A stretch of DNA of 64,000 bases, from the NCBI GenBank assembly GCA_963675755.2, contig CAXXMD010000003.1, positions 2,880,001-2,944,000 of the forward strand. The letters run 5' to 3'. The stretch is from a bacterium. Lineage in GTDB: Bacteria; Zhuqueibacterota; Zhuqueibacteria; Residuimicrobiales; Krinioviventaceae. The position numbers and the translations under genes are program-made. The notes under the pieces were generated by a model. The model did not search any database. It was not told the origin of the DNA and saw nothing but the letters and a program-made list of their open reading frames with translations. This document shows positions 1-7,926 of this stretch, piece after piece. Every line of letters starts with the position of its first letter. Within the stretch, counting starts at the first letter, position 1.

Positions 1-116
1 ATGTTAAATGCGGCCAGAGAGAAAAAAGTTACACCAATAACAGAGATGATTGTTAATCTTCTGCGTATGATCAACTGTTTGGGATTCTGAGGTTTTTTAA
101 TTTTTGTCCTGCTCAT
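1..116 (-). CDS. 5' part of a membrane or secreted protein (runs off the window edge)
   Basis: Manual translation from ATG at 116: MSRTKIKKPQNPKQLIIRRRLTIISVIGVTFFSLAAFN..., open to the edge. Basic N-terminus followed by a hydrophobic stretch; starts 11 bp after the NYN gene stop. Confidence 0.6.
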   Translation of the reverse strand, partial: MSRTKIKKPQNPKQLIIRRRLTIISVIGVTFFSLAAFN

Positions 117-127
117 TGTCTCTCTGA

Positions 128-625
128 TCAGGTTTCCTCTTTATCATTGAAAAGTCGTTCCCATTCTTCAAGTTCTTTGGGACCAATATTTACATTATAC
201 TTTTTTTCATATTCCCGGTTTGTTGCTTCTTTATTCATTCTTTGAAAAAGAAATTCTACGCTCCAAACCGAGCATCCCATGGATTGTACAATTCGTGCCA
301 GAGAATTGTCTGATGTTACAACCGTAAGATCTCGTTTGTTTTCAGTCTTTTCAACAAGTTTAATAATCATAGGATCCGCTTTTTGCGGTGCTTTAGAGAA
401 TGCAACATGTATGCCACGCGGGCGATGGAGTTTGGTAATGCCTTTGATATCCTGACCGTCAAAGACGATACTAATCCTTATACTCTTGTTGCTCCTGTAG
501 GCAATGACTTGCTGTACAAGCTCTTCACGGGCTTTCCAAAGGTGTTTTTCGTTATGTAAATAGGCTGGATTGTGGCGGAAAATATAGTTATACCCATCAA
601 TAATGATGTGCTGCTGGAGTTTCAT
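128..625 (-). CDS. NYN domain (YacP/Rae1-like, PIN-fold) putative RNase
   Basis: IIIDGYN, IVFDG, AD..I and VVTSD motifs of NYN_YacP. Confidence 0.85.
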   Translation of the reverse strand: MKLQQHIIIDGYNYIFRHNPAYLHNEKHLWKAREELVQQVIAYRSNKSIRISIVFDGQDIKGITKLHRPRGIHVAFSKAPQKADPMIIKLVEKTENKRDLTVVTSDNSLARIVQSMGCSVWSVEFLFQRMNKEATNREYEKKYNVNIGPKELEEWERLFNDKEET

Positions 626-1647
626 CGTAAATTTGTTTTTGAATTTATAGTATCCATTACTGCTTTAAATACCATGTCTGAAGTGATGGATTGCATACAC
701 TCCATTTTGGGACAAAGATCGCGATGGCAGCGGCTGCAATCAATTTGGTGAAAGACCAGGCGATGTCCATTGTTCGGGCTGTATGGGAACCATATTTCGG
801 GTTCTCCCGGACCGAAAATACCTACTGTAGGTGTGCCAACAGCGGGGGCAAGGTGCATTGGACCACAGTCGTTTGACACAAAAACATTTATGTGATATAG
901 AATTGCGGCTAGTTTTCTTAGAGAGAGAACCTCTGGTGCTATGGCATCGTAACGGTAGTTTTTGATAACAGATTGAACCAGATGGTGTTCACCGGGTCCC
1001 ATTGTGAATAATATTTGGGCATCGGCTTCGGCAGTGAGTCGGGTAGCCAACTCGCTGAATCGTTCAGGTGACCATCGTTTTGCAGGCCATGTCGCGCCAG
1101 CGTGTATACCGATTATTTTTTTGTCCAGATCAAATCCTTTTTGGTCCAGATATTTTGCTGCCCACTCTTTTTCATCAGGATGGACGATAATATAAGGATC
1201 AACTGGTTCATGGGGTTTGATGTCTAGCGGGGAAAGATAACGCAGATGAAAATCAACCGCAGAGCGGGTTTTACCATCATCTTTTATCTTGTGACTGTAA
1301 AAGTGCTTTCTGCCTCTAAAGTTGCCACCTATACGTATTTTAGCGCCTGATAACCAGGTTAGATAGGCTGAACGAGGATTACCAAATAGATCAATCGCTA
1401 TATCATATTTATTTGTTAACAGTTTAAACATAGCTCGATTTTGCGAACCCTTGTCACTGCGTTTAAAGGACAGCAGCCTGTATATATGCGGATGGTGTCT
1501 TAAAAGTGAGATATAGGGTTCTTCGGCAAGATACGTTATTGATGCCTGGGGGTAGGTGCGTTTTAATTCATGCAATAATGGGGTGGTTAAAATAATATCA
1601 CCCATAAACCGTAATCGTGAGATAAGAATATTATTAACAGTTTCCAA
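622..1647 (-). CDS. Glycosyltransferase family 9 (LPS heptosyltransferase-like)
   Basis: RLRFMGDIILTTP, GATWPAKRW and SNDCGPMHLAPAVGTPTVGIFGP motifs; TTG start. Confidence 0.9.
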   Translation of the reverse strand: METVNNILISRLRFMGDIILTTPLLHELKRTYPQASITYLAEEPYISLLRHHPHIYRLLSFKRSDKGSQNRAMFKLLTNKYDIAIDLFGNPRSAYLTWLSGAKIRIGGNFRGRKHFYSHKIKDDGKTRSAVDFHLRYLSPLDIKPHEPVDPYIIVHPDEKEWAAKYLDQKGFDLDKKIIGIHAGATWPAKRWSPERFSELATRLTAEADAQILFTMGPGEHHLVQSVIKNYRYDAIAPEVLSLRKLAAILYHINVFVSNDCGPMHLAPAVGTPTVGIFGPGEPEIWFPYSPNNGHRLVFHQIDCSRCHRDLCPKMECMQSITSDMVFKAVMDTINSKTNLR

Positions 1648-1714
1648 TCGGCCCTCGTTTTGTATTGATTAGAATAGTAATAAAACTTGATATATAAATC
1701 AAGAAAATTTTCGA

Positions 1715-2572
1715 TTATGTTAAAGAAAAGAGAGAGTAATTTGGTGATTTGACGCCTTTAATTGTAACAGGGTAGCGAATAACTTGCTGATCTGTTAATT
1801 TTTGCAATGTTTGCTCAATTACGAGCTTGTTCCATCCAAATAAGCGTATAATGGAGTTTGCATCTGAAACGAGTACGGTTTCAAAGTATTTTTTTAGAAT
1901 TTGAAAATAGGCGTCTTGAATTGAGAGGGTAGAGATGGATTCAAATATTTCCTCAAATCTATTGGTGAACAAGTCCCATAAAAAAGTAAAGGGATCATAA
2001 AACTCGCCTATTTTTAATACAAACATTTTCATTTGCAACTCTGCCATGGCTTTGTCAAAATCTGACCGTCGGTCCGGGTTAGACAATCTGCTGGCAATTT
2101 TCAGATCAGAGGTAATCATGGGATGGGTTTCCATAAGGGCGTCCATAATAGCTTTAGCATTTGCAGACAACCTGCCGGCCATATATTCTGCAATATAGGC
2201 ATTGGGATCGTCAGAATAGCCTTTGGTTTTGTAGAAAAAGGGTAGATATTCTAGCGAGATCATGGTGGGACGGTTTTTAAGAGCTTTGCCGTAATAAATT
2301 TGTTTTCTTGCCGGCAATACATCTTTGGCTGTCCATACCAGACCAATGTTGGGATCGTGCTGCACATGGTGTGGATATTCCGGGTCCCTTTCTCCACATG
2401 CCGCATGCCACAAGCACGGCAGTTCTGATTTGTTGGATTTGAACGCAAAACAAAATCCAACCTTGTTGACAAAGTCTAGCGCATTGTCAATATCAGTTAT
2501 GCGGAGCTCGGGAGTACGATGGTAAATCGCATCCCGTTTTTCTTCAATATATTCAATGTAAAATTCTGTCAT
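1715..2572 (-). CDS. AlkZ/YcaQ-related winged-helix protein, putative DNA crosslink-repair glycosylase
   Basis: FVNKVGFC...LPCLW...W..KD.LP....IYYGK......MIS pattern recalled from AlkZ-related proteins; 4-bp overlap with mutY. Confidence 0.6.
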   Translation of the reverse strand: MTEFYIEYIEEKRDAIYHRTPELRITDIDNALDFVNKVGFCFAFKSNKSELPCLWHAACGERDPEYPHHVQHDPNIGLVWTAKDVLPARKQIYYGKALKNRPTMISLEYLPFFYKTKGYSDDPNAYIAEYMAGRLSANAKAIMDALMETHPMITSDLKIASRLSNPDRRSDFDKAMAELQMKMFVLKIGEFYDPFTFLWDLFTNRFEEIFESISTLSIQDAYFQILKKYFETVLVSDANSIIRLFGWNKLVIEQTLQKLTDQQVIRYPVTIKGVKSPNYSLFSLT

Positions 2573-3645
2573 GATTGTCTTTTCAGCATTTTATCAAGAA
2601 TTTTTCGGTTTGCACGAGGAAAAGCAAAATCGTCAATTGTTTCCAGTGTTACCCATTTCCAATCCGCACAGCCAATGGTTTTGGGGTTACCCGAGAGATA
2701 CTTGCAATTGAATACCTGCATTGTTATGGAAAAATGGGTATAAGCATGTTTAACCGTATCGAATAATTCACCAACCTGTACATCAATATCCAGTTCTTCT
2801 TTGATTTCGCGTGCAGCTGCCTGTTCCGGGGATTCATTTTCTTCTACCTTGCCACCGGGAAATTCCCAGAGACCACCCAACAATCCTTTGTCAGGTCGTT
2901 TTGCGATCAGGATTTTATCGTCATGGTAAATAATTCCAGCGGAAATAAGATGATGCGGCAGAGCCTTTGACGGCTGTTTGACAGGGTATTGCTCCATATC
3001 ACCATGTTTGTTGGCCGCGCAATAATTATTTATGGGGCATAACATGCATTTAGGAGATCGGGGACGGCATACCATTGCACCTAGTTCCATGATGGCCTGA
3101 TTATAATCCCCCGGTCGATTCCAGGGTAAAATCTGCTGTGCCAGGTTTTCCATTTCTTTTTTACCTGCGTTTGATTTGGGATCTATGGATATGCGATATA
3201 CCCTGCACAATACACGATTTACATTTCCATCTACAACTGCTAATTGTTGATTAAAAGCAATACTGAGAATTGCCGCAGCGGTGTACGGACCAATTCCGCT
3301 CAGATTGCGTACAGAATCCGGCTCGTTTGGGAAAATGCCATTGTGATCATTTACTATCTGTTTCGCGGCTTTGTGCAGATTCCGTGCGCGGGCATAGTAA
3401 CCCAATCCTTCCCAGAGTTTGAGGACCTGGTCCTGATTTGCATTCGCCAGATCAAAAACAGTGGGAAAAGCTTCCATGAATCGTAAATAATAAGGTACAA
3501 CGGTTTTGACCTGTGTCTGCTGCAGCATGATTTCGGATACCCATATGGAATACGGATCGCTGGTCTGCCGCCAGGGCAGGTCACGGAATTCATTGTCGTA
3601 CCACTCGAGTAAAGCGGTTTGGATGTGGTGGATATGAGCAGTCAT
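2569..3645 (-). CDS. mutY: A/G-specific adenine DNA glycosylase with C-terminal MutT/Nudix domain
   Basis: WVSEIMLQQTQV, GLGYYARARNL, HhH LSGIGPYTA, VDGNV, FeS motif CRPRSPKCMLCPINNYC; C-terminal GGKVEENESPEQAAAREIKEE. Confidence 0.95.
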   Translation of the reverse strand: MTAHIHHIQTALLEWYDNEFRDLPWRQTSDPYSIWVSEIMLQQTQVKTVVPYYLRFMEAFPTVFDLANANQDQVLKLWEGLGYYARARNLHKAAKQIVNDHNGIFPNEPDSVRNLSGIGPYTAAAILSIAFNQQLAVVDGNVNRVLCRVYRISIDPKSNAGKKEMENLAQQILPWNRPGDYNQAIMELGAMVCRPRSPKCMLCPINNYCAANKHGDMEQYPVKQPSKALPHHLISAGIIYHDDKILIAKRPDKGLLGGLWEFPGGKVEENESPEQAAAREIKEELDIDVQVGELFDTVKHAYTHFSITMQVFNCKYLSGNPKTIGCADWKWVTLETIDDFAFPRANRKILDKMLKRQS

Positions 3646-3850
3646 ATATTTTTATAATTTTGCTTAATATATTGATTTACGAAATTTAAAGTATTAAAAA
3701 ATAGGATTAATTGAAAAGAAAACTAGTATTAATTCAAAGGAACATAGCAATTTTAAATATTTATACTTAAAGTAAGGCTATCAATTTTTTGAAAGATTTT
3801 AAATGATTGTTTTATCTAGTCTTGAAAAAATAAATAGTATATGAAAAAAA

Positions 3851-4174
3851 TTACTCAATTGTCCATTTGCGTTGTTTGTTAATCTCTTCTTTTTCGCGGA
3901 ATGCTGCCTCCAGATCAATGTCGTAACGGTTGGCTATGGCAAAGAGATAGATCAGAATGTCAGCCAGCTCGTGCGAGATATCACTAAACCTGGAATTGGT
4001 ATCTATTTTTAGTCCTTCAGATTTTCGAACTGCTTTGAACAGCTCCCCAATCTCTTCTCCCAATAGCAGACATTTATCCCTTGCGGACTGGTCAATGAAT
4101 CCCCGTTCAATCTCAAGCTGGTTAACATATTCCTGTAAATCCTCTAGTGTAGGGTTTTCTAATAAATTTGGCAT
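3851..4174 (-). CDS. MazG-like nucleotide pyrophosphohydrolase (dCTPase/RS21-C6-like)
   Basis: LGEEIGELFKAVRK...ELADILIYL motif. Start moved to ATG 4174 (MPNLLEN, preceded by CAGGAAA) because the longer ORF runs through a terminator. Confidence 0.85.
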   Translation of the reverse strand: MPNLLENPTLEDLQEYVNQLEIERGFIDQSARDKCLLLGEEIGELFKAVRKSEGLKIDTNSRFSDISHELADILIYLFAIANRYDIDLEAAFREKEEINKQRKWTIE

Positions 4175-4286
4175 GAATATTTTCCTGAAAAATAATGTGG
4201 ATTTTATAGGATAGAATAAATAAAATTTTAAAGGTAAATACAACAGGAATGTAGGGAGAATTTGATTTAAATGATTTTTTATTGGG

Positions 4287-4326
4287 AAAAATAAAACACC
4301 CCTCAAAGCCTTGGGTCTTTGAGGGG
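4287..4326 (-). terminator. Intrinsic terminator of the DCCP operon
   Basis: Inverted repeat CCCCTCAAAG (4299-4308) / CTTTGAGGGG (4317-4326) followed on the minus strand by a T-rich tail; a second hairpin TACCCGGC/GCCGGGTA lies at about 4336-4362. Confidence 0.8.
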
Positions 4327-4364
4327 CGCTGATAATACCCGGCACCTGCCATGCGCCGGGTAAT

Positions 4365-5123
4365 TTAAACTTCGCTTCCGGCCTCCTGCGCCAGTAGTGA
4401 AGCTCCTAATGCACCGGCAAATTGAGGAAGGGCTGGTACAATTATTTCACGATGTAATAATTTTTCAAGTAGTACCCGTATACACGGATTTTTGGCAACT
4501 CCACCCTCAAATACAACCGGGCCATCGCTGCCAATCCGGTTCAACATGCTCACTGCCCGTTTGGCTACGGATTTGTGCAATGCCCATGCAATATCATTTC
4601 GGTTATGTCCTTTTGATATGAGAGAGATAACCTCAGATTCCGCAAACACTGTACACATGCTGTTGATATGAATTTCGGTTTGAGATTCGAGCGCGTGTTC
4701 ACCAAATTCCTGAATATTGAATCCCAGGGTAGATGCCATAATCTCTAAAAATTTGCCGGTACCAGCTGCGCAACGGTCATTCATTTCAAATTTTTTGACC
4801 TTGCCGTTTTCGAACAAAGAGATGACTTTGCAGTCCTGACCACCAATATCCAGAATTATAGATGCATTGGGATAAAGGGCCTTGGCCCCCCGTGCATGGG
4901 CTTTGATTTCGGTAACCGTGGGGCTGTCATACTCGATCTCCATGAGATTACGGCCATAACCGGTAGCCATAATACTATCGTATTTCAATCCATCCAGCAA
5001 TTGCTTTGCCTGGTTAAGCGGATCATATCCCGTATCTGCATGATGGTATTCAAGCAGGTTGCTGTTTTCAGTCAATACAACTTTGATTGTTCTTGAGCCG
5101 ATATCAATCCCGGCACACTTCAT
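4365..5123 (-). CDS. ATP-dependent [4Fe-4S] activase/reductase (HgdC/BadFG ASKHA family; DCCP reductase)
   Basis: GIDIGSRTIK, ATGYGR, TEIKAHARGA, LDIGGQD, MNDRCAAGTGKFLE, INSMCTVFAESEVIS, GGVAKN. Confidence 0.92.
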   Translation of the reverse strand: MKCAGIDIGSRTIKVVLTENSNLLEYHHADTGYDPLNQAKQLLDGLKYDSIMATGYGRNLMEIEYDSPTVTEIKAHARGAKALYPNASIILDIGGQDCKVISLFENGKVKKFEMNDRCAAGTGKFLEIMASTLGFNIQEFGEHALESQTEIHINSMCTVFAESEVISLISKGHNRNDIAWALHKSVAKRAVSMLNRIGSDGPVVFEGGVAKNPCIRVLLEKLLHREIIVPALPQFAGALGASLLAQEAGSEV

Positions 5124-5138
5124 ACTGCCAACTCCTAC

Positions 5139-6416
5139 TTATTTTAACTGCTCTACAAATGCTTCTACGCGGGTTTTTAGCTGACCCACATCTTCCATAC
5201 TATAGTCGGTTTCCACACGTAGCACGGGAACACCGGCATCTTCAAGTTTTTTCTCTACCGGAATGGATTCCATGATATAGGGCTGGCAGAACTGCAAACC
5301 ATAATGGATAACTCCATCGGCATTATAGGCTTTGACCATCTCTTGAATGTGCTGTGTTCGTTCCGAATTGGGGGTAAATATTGCACAATCAACCTTGAAA
5401 TAGCGGTCAATGATGGCATCCATCAACTCATCCATTGATTCGCCCGTGGCATCGGTGAGGTTGCGTGTACCGCGTTCACCCACGCACGATTCTTCACCCA
5501 CAATGACTGCACCAGAAGATTCAACAATCCATGGGAACTTCCAGTTGGGTACTGCCATAGGACAACCGGAGATGAGAATTCGTGGTGTATTTTCCGGGAA
5601 AACGCCCTCTTTGTTGGATATACGTTCGGCCAGTTCGTCACAGATTTTGTTGACAGAGGCGGTAAAGCGTTCAGGATTATCATAAAAGAACACCTGGTTG
5701 GCCAGCAGGGCATCGAGACCTGAAATAGGGGCGGGATTTGCTTTTCTCAATGCAGAAAGACGGTGTATTGCACCGCGTTTTTGGTTTACAATTTGAATAC
5801 CTTTTTTCAGGGATTCCAGAGTTACCTCGTGACCGGTCAGTTCCTGGAGTACCTGCAAGAAACGATAATATTCGGCTTTTAACAGCATGCGCCCCTGCTC
5901 GGATTTAACCTGGGGGATGTCCATTACATACAGATTGTCTACAAGGGTATCAAGCGTTTCATAGGCTTTTTTCTTGCCGTCGCAGGTGTTTTCGCCTACA
6001 ATCATATCCGCGCTTTCCAGGTATGGGCACACTTTGCCCAGTTTGAACCCAAAGGAGGATTTGATCAATGAACAGGTATTACGGGGCAGATACTGTTCAA
6101 CACTTTCTGTGGCAAAATCAGCCCCGGAGCATAAACCTACAAGAGAAGCGTTTGCAGCCAGTACCAGTTCTTCCGGAACAAAAACACAATATGAGCCAAT
6201 AATTTTGCGACCCTGGTCTTTTTCATCCAGTAATTCTTTAATACGCAGTCCATGCACTTCGCTCATAACAAAATCGAAATATTGCATGCCTTGTGGACGG
6301 TTTTTCTGAGAAAGGTAAATATCCCCATAACCCTGGCCCAGTACTTCAAGCAGTGCATCGTGGGCACCCAGGTCCAGTCCGAGATCGGACCACATTTGCT
6401 GATAATTTTCAGACAT
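5139..6416 (-). CDS. Double-cubane-cluster protein (DCCP; 2-hydroxyacyl-CoA dehydratase/HGD-D family anaerobic reductase)
   Basis: Colinear with the recalled Carboxydothermus DCCP: W..L..DL..HD, YFD.V....HG.R, YCVFVPEE, GLC, PRNTC.LIKS, CPY, ENTCDGKKK, EESCVGER, DCAIFTPN, QFCQPY, GQLKTRVEAF. GGAGGA (6427-6422) favours ATG 6416. Confidence 0.88.
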   Translation of the reverse strand: MSENYQQMWSDLGLDLGAHDALLEVLGQGYGDIYLSQKNRPQGMQYFDFVMSEVHGLRIKELLDEKDQGRKIIGSYCVFVPEELVLAANASLVGLCSGADFATESVEQYLPRNTCSLIKSSFGFKLGKVCPYLESADMIVGENTCDGKKKAYETLDTLVDNLYVMDIPQVKSEQGRMLLKAEYYRFLQVLQELTGHEVTLESLKKGIQIVNQKRGAIHRLSALRKANPAPISGLDALLANQVFFYDNPERFTASVNKICDELAERISNKEGVFPENTPRILISGCPMAVPNWKFPWIVESSGAVIVGEESCVGERGTRNLTDATGESMDELMDAIIDRYFKVDCAIFTPNSERTQHIQEMVKAYNADGVIHYGLQFCQPYIMESIPVEKKLEDAGVPVLRVETDYSMEDVGQLKTRVEAFVEQLK

Positions 6417-6420
6417 GTTC

Positions 6421-6481
6421 ATCCTCCAAATGGTGTTGATCGCTTACATCCCCACGCGAACACCTTTATTATTGGAAGGAC
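6421..6481 (-). promoter_or_regulatory. Leader stem-loop sequestering the DCCP Shine-Dalgarno sequence
   Basis: mRNA GUCCUUCCAA (6481-6472) can pair with UUGGAGGAU (6429-6421); inner helices GGUGUU/AACACC and CGC/GCG. Confidence 0.55.
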
Positions 6482-6496
6482 AAACGCACAGGAACG

Positions 6497-6574
6497 TTAC
6501 GAAAATAAACTGAGAAAAGAGCTGACCAGCCCTTTGATCGGTTGTCAATTACATTGATAAAAAAGTAATTTCAT
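6497..6574 (-). CDS. Putative 25-aa selenocysteine-containing leader peptide MKLLFYQCNUQPIKGLVSSFLSLFS
   Basis: ATG 6574 preceded by GGAAAG; in-frame TGA at 6547-6545 in a C-x-U context; frame stays open to TAA 6499-6497; SECIS-like hairpin immediately downstream of the TGA. Confidence 0.55.
6516..6535 (-). promoter_or_regulatory. Bacterial SECIS-like hairpin
   Basis: AAAGGGCU-GGUC-AGCUCUUU: 8-bp stem with one G-U pair, starting 9 nt after UGA. The loop G is the 18th nt after UGA; the GGUC loop core matches the E. coli fdhF SECIS. Confidence 0.6.
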
Positions 6575-6833
6575 AACGCTTTCCGTTTTTCAGAACGTTG
6601 TTGAATAAATTACAGTAAAATTTTTGCATGGAATCTATATTTTTTACAATTAATGCATTTTTTGCACAATATGCAAGTGGAATGTGCTGATTTGCTATGC
6701 AATTTATATTAAATGTATGTTAACAATTGTAAAATGCTCTATGCTGGACGTTATAACCGGGGATATGTCTGTCGCTTTTCATGCCAGCGTAACTAATCGT
6801 TTGTAGCGGACAAAGGGATATGTTTTGTTCTAC

Positions 6834-6870
6834 AAAAAAACCTCCCAAAGCAAATTGCTATGGGAGGTTT
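6834..6870 (-). terminator. Intrinsic terminator after the GHMP kinase operon
   Basis: AAACCTCCCA...TGGGAGGTTT inverted repeat with an A7 run on the plus strand (U-tract on minus). Confidence 0.8.
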
Positions 6871-6913
6871 AAAATCTTATCTTAATAATACTATGTATCC
6901 TAATTCAGACAGT

Positions 6914-7906
6914 CTAGATCTGCGGTTTAATGACCACCGCGCCGATTGTTGCCAATTCTTTTTTCAGTTTTTCAAACATCTGTGGTCCGTCATAGGTACC
7001 CACAATGGCGCCACCACTGCCAGAGAATTTGGCACTGGCCCCAACGGATCGGGCATGTTCTACCATTTCCAGATTCATACGCGAGATGGGGAAAATCTCT
7101 TTACGTTTGTCAAAATTCTGGTTCATAATCTTACCCAGTTTGTCCGGTTCATGGTTGAGCAGGCAATCGCGTGCCTGTTCTGCCATTTCCGCAAAATACT
7201 TCATGGCATCAATTACTTTTTGATCACCAGCCATAAAACGTCCGCGCAGGTTGCCATGTGCAATGCCCGAGATTTCAGCCAGATCGCTGATATATGCCAG
7301 ATAGATAGGCGGAAGCATATTCGGATCGATGTTTTCGTAATTACCGTAACCCTGACTGTCTATCAGTTTTTTATCAAAATCCATGTAAACCAGGTTTTCG
7401 TAAACCTGAACTACGCGATCCTGCAGACCTGCCGAGATTTGCAGTTCGTCTGTTTCTACACTAAGAATAAGGTTGGGAATCAGCGGTTTGGGTATTTCAA
7501 TGCCGTAAAATGTCATTAACGCGCGTATGGTTGCGGTTACAATTGCACTTGATCCGGCAAGTCCCACCTGCACAGGTATGTTTGAGTCGTAGCGGACGGT
7601 AAAATTCTTGTCTGCCAGAACAATACCTTTGCTCTTGCAGTACTCGAAAAACTTTTTAGCCGCTGCTTTGATGAGGCGAATACCGCCGTAATACCCATGA
7701 CGTTGTACGTCTTTGACCAGGTGTTCCAGGTTTTCAAAATATGAATGGTCCCGCTGATTCGGAATGATCTCTATGTCCGGTGTTTCATACAGGGTTACTT
7801 CGGCGAAAAAATCTTTAAATGTTACAGACAGTGTCTTGCCAAAGTATCCGTCTGAAGGATTCCCCGCAAGTCCTGCACGTGTGTATGCTTTTGTTCTTAC
7901 TATCAT
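6914..7906 (-). CDS. GHMP-family sugar kinase, glucuronokinase-like
   Basis: RAGLAGNPSDGYFGKT, IPVQVGLAGSSA, AGLQDRVVQVYE, AKFSGSGGA. Start set at ATG 7906 after AGAGGAA. Confidence 0.8.
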   Translation of the reverse strand: MIVRTKAYTRAGLAGNPSDGYFGKTLSVTFKDFFAEVTLYETPDIEIIPNQRDHSYFENLEHLVKDVQRHGYYGGIRLIKAAAKKFFEYCKSKGIVLADKNFTVRYDSNIPVQVGLAGSSAIVTATIRALMTFYGIEIPKPLIPNLILSVETDELQISAGLQDRVVQVYENLVYMDFDKKLIDSQGYGNYENIDPNMLPPIYLAYISDLAEISGIAHGNLRGRFMAGDQKVIDAMKYFAEMAEQARDCLLNHEPDKLGKIMNQNFDKRKEIFPISRMNLEMVEHARSVGASAKFSGSGGAIVGTYDGPQMFEKLKKELATIGAVVIKPQI

Positions 7907-7926
7907 ATGTTCCTCTCTAATTTTTA

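Noticed and set aside
128-4174. NYN + MazG + AlkZ-like genes as an anti-phage defence island
   Set aside because: Housekeeping context (mutY, GT9), no mobility genes and no recognised defence architecture.
4175-4345. N-terminal extension of the MazG ORF
   Set aside because: Runs through a terminator and AT-rich intergenic DNA.
6252-6557. 101-aa plus-strand ORF across the DCCP leader
   Set aside because: Antisense to the DCCP 5' end with no motifs; the minus-strand uORF and hairpin explain the region better.
6770-6790. Possible sigma54 promoter (TGGCATGAAAAGCG, minus strand) for the DCCP operon
   Set aside because: GG-to-GC spacing is wrong and there is no TTGC element.
6860-7519. 219-aa plus-strand ORF
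   Set aside because: Antisense to the well-supported GHMP kinase, starts inside a terminator hairpin, no recognisable motifs.
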